Part shown: piece by piece, positions 1 through 7,084 of the stretch
Layout of the letters: each line of letters starts with the position of its first letter
How positions within the stretch are numbered: position 1 is the first letter of the stretch
DNA from: Nitrospinota bacterium
Lineage (GTDB): Bacteria; UBA8248
Length of the DNA stretch: 33,542 bases
Direction: 5' to 3'
NCBI GenBank assembly: GCA_029937135.1
Contig: JAPYQX010000003.1
Location: 1-33,542, forward strand
The notes under the pieces: generated by a model
What the model saw: the letters and a program-made list of their open reading frames with translations, nothing else
Databases searched by the model: none
What the model was told of the DNA's origin: nothing
Program-made: the position numbers and the translations under genes

Positions 1-123
1 GCCGAACGCACTCGGTTACAGTTACAAATAGAAATTGCGTGAAAGAAGTCATGGCTTCATAATTGGGATGCTTTGTAACAGGGAGGGTGGTTTGCTTCTT
101 TCCCTTCTCCAGGATCTTGAGTT

Positions 124-1458
124 GTGAATGAAATAGGCATCATTCAAAAGGGCGCCTCCGAGGCGGTGAAAAGTATTAGCGAGGGTGAAATCACCTCGGA
201 GGAGTTTGTCAGCGCCTGCCTTGAGCAGATTGACGCCAACGAGGAGAGAATCGGCGCCTGGACCCATCTGAACCGGGAATATGCCCTGATTCAGGCGCGG
301 GAAGCGGATTTGGCACGGGGGGAAGGCAAGAATCTTGGTCCTTTGCATGGGGTTCCGGTTGGCATCAAGGATATTATCGACACGGCCGATATGCCCACGG
401 AAGATGGCACTCCCCTTCATGCCGGCCGCCAACCCGCGGCTGACGCCTCGGTAGTTCAGCTTCTCCGCGAAGCGGGCGCGATTTTTATTGGAAAAACAGT
501 TACCACCGAGATGGCATGTTACGCCCCCGGCAAGACAGCTAATCCACACGACACCGCTCGTACCCCGGGGGGCTCATCGAGCGGGTCGGCCGCTGCGGTG
601 GCTTCGTATATGGTCCCCCTTGCTGTTGGAACGCAGACCAACGGATCGGTGATTCGTCCGGCTTCGTATTGCGGAGTCCACGGTTTCAAGCCGAGTCACG
701 GTTTTGTCTCACGGCATGGGCTTCTCAGTTTGTCCCGTTTTCTGGATCAAGTTGGAATGTTTGCCCGGTCGGTCGAGGATTTAGCCCTGATCGGCGATGT
801 GCTCATGGGATACGATGATCTCGATCCCGATATGCGGGTCAGATCGCGCTCGAATCTTGTCGAAACCGCGATGACTGAACCACCCGTTAGTCCGCGTCTG
901 GGATTTATCAGGACACCGGTATGGGACCAGGCCGATGACGACATAAAGGGTGGTTTTGAGGAACTGGTCGAGCATCTGGGTGAGGATGCCGAGGAAATTG
1001 CGCTTCCGGGAAATTTCGACAGTGTGGTCGATTTGCACCAAACGGTTATGGAAGCGGACATTGCAAGAAATTTTCACGATGACTATGAGCGAGGCAAAGA
1101 AAAAATCAGCCCCGTTCTTCGGGAAATGATCGAGCGGGGGCAAAAAGTTCTTGCGGTGGATTACACCCGGGCTATCGATCAGCGGTTGTATTTGAACGGA
1201 TTGCTTGGCCAGATATTTGATGTTTTCGATGCGATTATCACGCCGGCGGCCACCGGAGAAGCTCCCATCGGGCTGGAATCGACCGGGAGTCCTATTTTTT
1301 GCACGATATGGACTTTTTGCGGCGTTCCGGCGGTGACGATTCCTCTCCTGGAGGGCTCGAATGGGTTGCCCATCGGGGTCCAGTTGATTGGGCCCAAGGG
1401 CGATGACGCCAGGCTGCTCAGGACGGCCCGTTGGCTCGAAGGAGCAGTGAGCGAATAA
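124..1458 (+). CDS. Amidase-signature family amidase
   Basis: 444-aa ORF with a GTG start and TAA stop. It carries the amidase-signature Gly/Ser stretch GGSSSGSAAAVA and the upstream GVPVGIKD block. The N-terminus (ISEGEITSEEFVSACLEQI) is typical of GatA-like amidases. Confidence 0.85.
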   Translation: MNEIGIIQKGASEAVKSISEGEITSEEFVSACLEQIDANEERIGAWTHLNREYALIQAREADLARGEGKNLGPLHGVPVGIKDIIDTADMPTEDGTPLHAGRQPAADASVVQLLREAGAIFIGKTVTTEMACYAPGKTANPHDTARTPGGSSSGSAAAVASYMVPLAVGTQTNGSVIRPASYCGVHGFKPSHGFVSRHGLLSLSRFLDQVGMFARSVEDLALIGDVLMGYDDLDPDMRVRSRSNLVETAMTEPPVSPRLGFIRTPVWDQADDDIKGGFEELVEHLGEDAEEIALPGNFDSVVDLHQTVMEADIARNFHDDYERGKEKISPVLREMIERGQKVLAVDYTRAIDQRLYLNGLLGQIFDVFDAIITPAATGEAPIGLESTGSPIFCTIWTFCGVPAVTIPLLEGSNGLPIGVQLIGPKGDDARLLRTARWLEGAVSE

Positions 1459-1479
1459 TGTGGTACTTTAGTAAGAGAA

Positions 1480-1683
1480 GTGGATTTTGGGGAGGTTAAA
1501 AAACTGATGGCGAATAAAATTGCCGGTTTTCTCGGTGTAACGATTGTCTTGGTGTTCCTCGGTATTTATATTTATAAAGTGCCGTCGATTCCTCTCGGGG
1601 TCATCATGTTTTGTGTGATGGTTATGATTTTGGTCGATTTCTACGATTCGTTGGTGACCGAAGATGGCGATGAAGGGAATTAG
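1480..1683 (+). CDS. Small hypothetical membrane protein (two hydrophobic helices, acidic tail)
   Basis: 67-aa ORF lying 22 nt after the amidase stop. It has two hydrophobic segments (IAGFLGVTIVLVFLGIYIY and IPLGVIMFCVMVMILV) and ends in TAG. The start is uncertain (GTG 1480 or ATG 1507). I recognise no family. Confidence 0.4.
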   Translation: MDFGEVKKLMANKIAGFLGVTIVLVFLGIYIYKVPSIPLGVIMFCVMVMILVDFYDSLVTEDGDEGN

Positions 1684-1701
1684 CCGGTTTCCTGAAAAAG
1701 T

Positions 1702-2283
1702 TTAAACACCGAAATCCTTGATTTTATGTTCATCCAGTCCCAGGGCATGGCCCATCTCGTGCAACAATAAATTTCCCATATAACCTCGATAAGCGCTTGA
1801 ATCTCCGCGGCAGTGAAACTTCATTGGCGCGGCGTAAATCTCGATAGCGCCCATCGCGGGGATCCAGACGGCAAGGGGGATGCTCCCCACATCCTTCACT
1901 ATTCCGGGCGAGGGAAGGGCCAATAAATGCACCGGGATGCCCCTTTTCTCTATTTCACGGGCCATATCCGGATGGATATCCATACGGATTACGGAATCGA
2001 GTATTTCCTCCATCTCGAGAATCTCATCCTCGAAAATTTCCGGATAAGCCGATTCCAGAAACTCACCTATATCCGCTTCGTCATCGGGCAGCTTCGAGTT
2101 GATTTCCTCGGGGGAAATGAACATCTCCCGGTAATCGGACATTTTAGTACGGCTGCTCACAAACGAATAAATCAATGCTCCCAGGAGAACGAACGAAATT
2201 AGCCATAACAGTCCCGCGATGGGTTCGATAATCGGTTTCCACCACCACCAGTTTAAAAAATTCCAGTCACCCAGATATCTCAT
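1702..2283 (-). CDS. Membrane-anchored HExxH zinc-metallopeptidase-like protein
   Basis: Contains the C-terminal motif LLLHEMGHALGLDEH (an HExxH zinc site) and an N-terminal hydrophobic helix IAGLLWLISFVLLGALIYSFV. The ORF is open to 2373, but I place the start at the internal ATG 2283 (MRYLGDW...). Stop is TAA. Confidence 0.55.
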   Translation of the reverse strand: MRYLGDWNFLNWWWWKPIIEPIAGLLWLISFVLLGALIYSFVSSRTKMSDYREMFISPEEINSKLPDDEADIGEFLESAYPEIFEDEILEMEEILDSVIRMDIHPDMAREIEKRGIPVHLLALPSPGIVKDVGSIPLAVWIPAMGAIEIYAAPMKFHCRGDSSAYRGYMGNLLLHEMGHALGLDEHKIKDFGV

Positions 2284-2541
2284 CGTGCGTGCGAACACCC
2301 TCCTATCCAATGCACGACATATTAGCAGGGATAACTCCGGCGTGGCGCACGGCCGCCGGAAACGGCAGGCCATGAAAATCGGTTTTGAGCGCTCACTCGC
2401 AATACGGGCGTTGAGCCGCCACCGAAAAGGCGGACCCCCCTGGAATGAATCGCGAGTTCAGACCGGCTGCGGGAGGTTAATTCATGAGGAACGGACGTAA
2501 CCGAAAACCCTGATTACACATATGATCTATTCGCGGAGGGT

Positions 2542-2688
2542 CTAGACGCCGCCTCCACTCGGATTGTTGAATTTCCAGGCGTCTTTTTCATCGCTATGGG
2601 TGCTCCTCGCCCGGCCCCAATTGAGGAAATAAAAAGCGGTGAGGAAGGAAACGATCACCAAGCCCAAAAACGCGAAGTCCCAATTCAT
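2542..2688 (-). CDS. Possible 48-aa single-pass membrane peptide
   Basis: Hand translation gives MNWDFAFLGLVIVSFLTAFYFLNWGRARSTHSDEKDAWKFNNPSGGGV, ending in TAG. An AAGGAA sequence lies about 9 nt upstream of the ATG. It is too short for the supplied ORF track and has no family assignment. Confidence 0.25.
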   Translation of the reverse strand: MNWDFAFLGLVIVSFLTAFYFLNWGRARSTHSDEKDAWKFNNPSGGGV

Positions 2689-3125
2689 AGTCCAGGTTCC
2701 TTTCTAACTCAATATGAGTCAATCCACGGTCTCTAGCCTCTTGTTGATTGAAACCGCGTGAGGGCTCCTGAAATTCTCCCGAAGGCCGTGTCAAAATGAC
2801 AATAAGCCCCCCTCTCCCCCATAACCGCTGCGATTACCTAAACAATGGGTCACTCTGAAATTCGCCAGGGGGTGTCCGGCGGGGGGAATTCGCCGGGGGA
2901 AATTCGGAGATGTTCGCGGCAATCGTTCGCTCAGGTAGGGCCTGGAATTTTGGGGGATCACGGGGAATTTCGGAGTTGACCCAATTCTGGACATAAGCGG
3001 TGAGTCGCTAATGGAGCCGGAGTAATGGCCGGTTTTTTTCGGGGATGAGAAATTCAACGGGCCGGTTCCGGAAGTCGGAAAATCCGTGAAGCCGAATTAA
3101 TTGCTGAGCGCCGGCCGGCACCTCA

Positions 3126-4730
3126 TCAGGGGGCGGCGATCTCCGGGGAGTTTTCCCGGAAAAACCGGGCGCGTGTTTCCTCGACCAGATGTTTTCCAAC
3201 GGCGAATTGCATCGTCGCCGGCATCGCCTTTTTTGCGAGGCGGAGCATGGCGGCCGATTTCTCGCGGATGTCCCACTGGGCGTGCGGGTCCTCGCGGAGG
3301 CGGGAGATGTGGTACAGCTCCCGCGCGTTCGCGGCGAAGACCACCTTGCGCCGATGCGCGTTGGTGAGGACATAAGGGGCCGCCGCTGGCGCCGTTTTAG
3401 CGATTTTCAGGTATGCGGCGTCGGTTTCCTCGATAACGCCCATGAAATCCGCCTCGGCTCCGGCGGCGGAGAGCGGCGCGGGCACCGTCACCCCCAGCGA
3501 GAGGTCGTAGGGCTGGGTGTTCATCGTGGCCATGCGGTGCCGCTTGAGTTGCCCGTAGCAGGCCGCCGAAAGCGTGATCTCAAATACGCATCGGACATTT
3601 TCAAATTCCCTGAGAACCGAATCATGCCCCTTCATATGGCGGAAGGTCTCGGCGATGAATCGCGCCCTCTCCTCGTCTCCCATCGCGCGGGCCACCGACC
3701 GGCATTCCTCGGCGGGCCGGGAAGAGGAGGAGTGCAACAACGTCGCCGTTACCAGAATATCCGCATCCGGGGTCGCATCCACCAACGAAACGTCCCCTTC
3801 GGCGAATAGCGGCGGAGAGACGGACAAGTGGCCGTACTGGGCGAACATCTCCTCGGAGGCCCGATGGAGATCCGGACGGGCTTTTACGTGGTATTCGCTG
3901 GCGTCGGTATATTTCACGAGCGAGGGCGCCACCCCCTCGATGGATTTGAATAGTTTTTGCCCGTATTCCCGTATTTCGCTCAAAGGGTGAGACGCGCAAC
4001 GGCAGATAACGTGCTCAAGGTTTCTGGCGCTGATCGTCATTCCCATCTGCGCCTCGGTGGCGAGGGAGACGATATAGCGGGCGTCCTCCTTGGCCCAGCC
4101 CTCGAGGGTTCTGTGGTTTTTCTTCGATTCTGCCAGTTCGGGATTGCGCTCGAATACCCAGGGGCGAAGCTTTTCGTAAAGGCGGTGATAACACGCGTTT
4201 TGAGACTTGATGGCCGAGAAGAAAAGTTTTTCGAGGCCCGCTTCCTTGATTTCCGCGGGGACGACAAAATCATCTTCGAGGAGAATATAGCGCTGGCTTT
4301 TTTCGGTGAAGGCGAGGAGCCGGAACTTCTGAATTTCCTCGACCGCGTAGCGGCTGACGCCGATGATGTCGATGTTAAACGAGGCGTGCTCGGCGACGGA
4401 ACTGTGGCCGAATCCGAAAATGATCCTGTCGTTGCTCTTTCGCGCTTTTTCGACCTCGGCCCGTGCGATGGCCCGCAGCTCGTCCACCGGGCGGGGGTCC
4501 CGGCTGATGCGCGCGTAGGCGGCGCTGATGGTCTCGGGGGTGAGATTGTCTTTTTCGAGAAATTCAGCCATGCGGTCCCGGACCCCGGCAATCCACTCCT
4601 TGAATTCCTCCCCGCTCATGGACTCCGCCCGCTCACGGGCCAGGCCGCTGGAGAGGGGTTCGAGAAGCTCGTTTCTGATTTCGCGAAGGACTTCGACATC
4701 GACGTTGTGGCCGGCAAGGACAATCCGCAT
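3126..4730 (-). CDS. thyX: FAD-dependent thymidylate synthase ThyX, fused double-domain form
   Basis: 534 aa from ATG 4730 (MRIVLAGHNV..., with GAAGG upstream); the ORF is open to 4832. The first half carries HSSVAEH and ...KFRLLAFTEKSQRY. The second half carries HDSVLRE, LKRHRMATMNTQPY and the C-terminal ARELYHISRLREDPHAQWDIRE block. All of these resemble ThyX signature regions. Stop is TGA. Confidence 0.8.
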   Translation of the reverse strand: MRIVLAGHNVDVEVLREIRNELLEPLSSGLARERAESMSGEEFKEWIAGVRDRMAEFLEKDNLTPETISAAYARISRDPRPVDELRAIARAEVEKARKSNDRIIFGFGHSSVAEHASFNIDIIGVSRYAVEEIQKFRLLAFTEKSQRYILLEDDFVVPAEIKEAGLEKLFFSAIKSQNACYHRLYEKLRPWVFERNPELAESKKNHRTLEGWAKEDARYIVSLATEAQMGMTISARNLEHVICRCASHPLSEIREYGQKLFKSIEGVAPSLVKYTDASEYHVKARPDLHRASEEMFAQYGHLSVSPPLFAEGDVSLVDATPDADILVTATLLHSSSSRPAEECRSVARAMGDEERARFIAETFRHMKGHDSVLREFENVRCVFEITLSAACYGQLKRHRMATMNTQPYDLSLGVTVPAPLSAAGAEADFMGVIEETDAAYLKIAKTAPAAAPYVLTNAHRRKVVFAANARELYHISRLREDPHAQWDIREKSAAMLRLAKKAMPATMQFAVGKHLVEETRARFFRENSPEIAAP

Positions 4731-5125
4731 GGACGACAAACCTTCGTGGCAATTGGGGCGACTTGTTCGTTGAGGCGGAATTTCGGAAGGAAACCGATGA
4801 CCCATTATGGGGCCTTCCCGGGGAGGACTCAAGATGAATCTTTATTGCGACGATAAATTGTTTGAGGGGTTGTTTTTTAAGATGTTTTTCTCTTGTATTT
4901 ATCGAGCGAATAGATTTCAAATCCAATCCAGTTCAATTTCAAAGTATTGTGTATAACATTAGATTAATATATAGATTAAATAATTGCCCAAAAAGTAAAT
5001 TTGTATATTTTTTAAATATTTGCCTTGGTTTATTTTGAACCAATGGCCCGGATAAGTTTTTAGATAACAGTTTGATATTTGAATGTTGAAAATGGTCCGT
5101 ATTCCATTTTAGGAGGAGTTTTGCC

Positions 5126-5221
5126 GTGCGAGGGAAAAGTTGTCATTTTTTTTCAAAAGCCCCATTGTATCGACTGACACTTACCGCACTTTTGTTTCGT
5201 TTATTTTTTCCGCAGCAATGA
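5126..5221 (+). CDS. Possible 31-aa upstream (leader) ORF coupled to the next gene
   Basis: AGGAGG at 5111-5116 is followed 9 nt later by GTG 5126. Hand translation gives (M)RGKSCHFFSKAPLYRLTLTALLFRLFFPQQ. Its TGA (5219-5221) overlaps ATG 5218 of the downstream membrane ORF as an ATGA overlap. Confidence 0.25.
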   Translation: MRGKSCHFFSKAPLYRLTLTALLFRLFFPQQ

Positions 5222-5772
5222 CGGAATGGGGGGCTACCTTCCTGGGAGTCAATCCCATACAAAAGAACTCCAAATTTATATGGGCTTATAATTTCCAAAT
5301 AGGTACTGAAAGTAGCGAAGTTTACCTGATCGTCGGCGGTTTTTTGTATGGTTGTGTCCTGGTTTGTTTGTATTGGATTTACATAGAAAAACTTACAACT
5401 ACGTTGATTCCCGAAGATCTTTTCGTTTTGTTTGTCGATCTGGTTGCGCTTTCGTTCATGGCCGGAGCGGCGGCCGCATGGCCGGAACCCAAGCTCTTTG
5501 TGGTGCTGGCTATCTCTACCATGATCCTCTTGATGGTTAGATTTGTTATTGCGTCGCGGTACGAAGAGCCTATATTTTATCGGAATCGTTATTTGGGCGG
5601 GTATATGAATTTGTATCCTAGGGATAAGTTGCTTCGAAATATTGCTAGTCTGTATTCTGTTTATTTTATTGTAGTATTTTTATTTTATGCCCGATCATTC
5701 TTTAATTCTATTGGGGGAGCGACCTTCGCGGAAATAATTAAGAAAGATGTTTCTGTTGAACTATATTATTAA
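5218..5772 (+). CDS. Hypothetical polytopic membrane protein (AT-rich island)
   Basis: 184 aa from ATG 5218; the track ORF begins at TTG 5140, which lies 23 nt from the only Shine-Dalgarno sequence. It has several long hydrophobic segments (YLIVGGFLYGCVLVCLYWIYI, LFVLFVDLVALSFMAGAAAA, LFVVLAISTMILLMVRFVI, SLYSVYFIVVFLFYA). Codons are A/T-rich. I recognise no family. Confidence 0.55.
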   Translation: MTEWGATFLGVNPIQKNSKFIWAYNFQIGTESSEVYLIVGGFLYGCVLVCLYWIYIEKLTTTLIPEDLFVLFVDLVALSFMAGAAAAWPEPKLFVVLAISTMILLMVRFVIASRYEEPIFYRNRYLGGYMNLYPRDKLLRNIASLYSVYFIVVFLFYARSFFNSIGGATFAEIIKKDVSVELYY

Positions 5773-6868
5773 TGTGGCGATGTTGGCTGGAGTTTTGCTT
5801 ACATTTTTTTATACGGTTCGACATCATGGTGAAGAGGATGAATCCGAGTTCACGGATGTTGATCTGATAGATGAAGAAAATAAGCCCTTGCTCTGTCCGG
5901 CATATGGAAAAATTCCGGAAGATATAATAGCCAAAGTGTCAGAGCGGGTTTTTGCCGGGGAATTGAAATTTCGAAGATTTATATTGGAATCTCAAAATCA
6001 GCGGTCCACCTCCATTCCTTATCATCTCAGTAAAGTTAATGCGTACCGGGACATAGAAATCCAAGCTTTTATCATGAGCCATTTTGCGCAGGGCACAGAA
6101 ATTGAAATTCGTTCCATGTGGGTGTACCTGGCCCACTGGCTGGACGATATGTTCGATAATTATTATGCGGTGAAAATTGCCGATTTAGACCTCGAGGATA
6201 ATTTTGACGTTGCTGAAGTGCTTGGAAGGCTTGACCCTAGATTTGAGTCGCTATGGAAGAAAGCAGTTGAGTTTAGTTCGAATTCGAACACGCCGTTTAA
6301 CAAAGATCTGCTTGAAACCGGCATGCGGAGAATGATTATTGGAGGCCCCATGTTTTCGGGCCGGAGCGAAAATCATCACGGAAAATTTCGTCAAATGAAT
6401 CATCGAATCATATTAGGAAAACTAAACGTCAATCATGTTGTTCATTCACTTTTAGGATCTAGTTCTGGAAATAAAAACGCAATTGTTAGCGATAGGTATC
6501 TTGCCTATACGGCGAAAGTGGTAGTCGAGATATAGGACAGTTTTTCCGAAAGCGGTGATTTTGGAACGAGCATGCTCATGAATTTCTTTTACGCACCTGG
6601 ATTATTTCACCATGATTCCATGGCGGAATATAGATTTGAAGGGATTCCAACGTCCGCTGAAGAAGATAGGGATGCAGTAAGGAAAGTGTTAGAATTGGTT
6701 TGCGGTGAAATTATAAAATTGCCCCTGAAAAAGCGAAAAGATGTCCTCAGGCCGGTTCCGTTATTTGTTAAGTCTTTTGAGCCAATTTTGAGTGGTGCCG
6801 GTTTTTTAGATGTTTACAAAACTTTTCTTGAAAAAAATAAAATAAAGGAGGCTTTACCGAGTAAATGA
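5747..6868 (+). pseudogene. Hypothetical N-terminally anchored DDxxD-motif protein, one reading frame interrupted by a single in-frame TAG at 6533-6535
   Basis: The track ORFs 5747-6535 (262 aa) and 6572-6868 (98 aa) are in the same frame. The 36 nt between them (6536-6571) contain no stop, so only one TAG separates them. The protein has an N-terminal hydrophobic helix (NYIINVAMLAGVLLTFFYTV) and a DDMFD motif at residues 133-137. It overlaps the preceding ORF by 26 nt. Confidence 0.5.
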
Positions 6869-7084
6869 AAGAGAGCTTCAATTCCTCTTATGTGGTTGTG
6901 ATTTCATGGAAGTGAATGAATAGCCTTGTCCTAGCATCATCCCCCCCTATGGATGTGATTAGTTCAATCTGGCGATTTTTCCCTCGTTTTTAGTTTATTT
7001 CCGCATTGTCCCAGAGTTTTTGACATTTAAATTGCCTGCCAGTTTTTGTGGCATAATAGATAGCCCTACTTTGTTCTTTTACGT

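Noticed and set aside
49-549. A 166-aa minus-strand ORF lies at the left edge of the window.
   Set aside because: It lies antisense to the amidase gene and has no recognisable motif. The first 123 nt of the window show no credible coding signal on either strand.
2769-3061. The cluster of GAAATTC-core motifs could be a CRISPR array or a tandem repeat.
   Set aside because: The units are short and degenerate, about 12-14 nt. They are irregularly spaced, with starts near 2769, 2855, 2883, 2897, 2942, 2962 and 3047. They lack constant-length spacers. The cluster does not fit a CRISPR array or a true tandem array, and is kept only as a low-interest motif cluster.
3957-4856. Long antisense ORFs lie opposite well-supported genes. 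Examples are 3957-4856 (299 aa, opposite thyX), 7636-8676 (346 aa, opposite the adaptor), 9036-10064 (342 aa) and 11208-11879 (223 aa) opposite the RND permease, 13792-14340 opposite the oxidoreductase, 16128-17033 (301 aa) opposite tctB/tctC, and 20757-21419 opposite queG.
   Set aside because: Their translations are low-complexity and rich in Arg, Gly and Pro, with no recognisable motifs. Each lies entirely opposite a gene with strong family signatures. Such shadow ORFs are expected in DNA of about 57-60% G+C, where stop codons are rare on the antisense strand.
5009-7045. I looked for direct repeats flanking the AT-rich island: tttaaatatttgcct near 5011-5025 versus atttaaattgcct near 7025-7037.
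   Set aside because: The match is only 7+5 nt with a 3-nt indel, in very AT-rich sequence. That is easily a chance match and is not evidence for att sites or target-site duplication.
7049-7065. The sequence TGGCATAATAGATAGCC upstream of the RND operon could be a sigma-54 (-24/-12) promoter.
   Set aside because: The GG-to-GC spacing is one nucleotide too long for TGGCAC-N5-TTGC, and the -12 region lacks TTGC. It is more simply read as an extended -10 (TGgCATAAT) sigma-70 candidate. That reading is itself weak, because the TTGACA at 7020-7025 is 26 nt upstream, so I did not list it as a feature.
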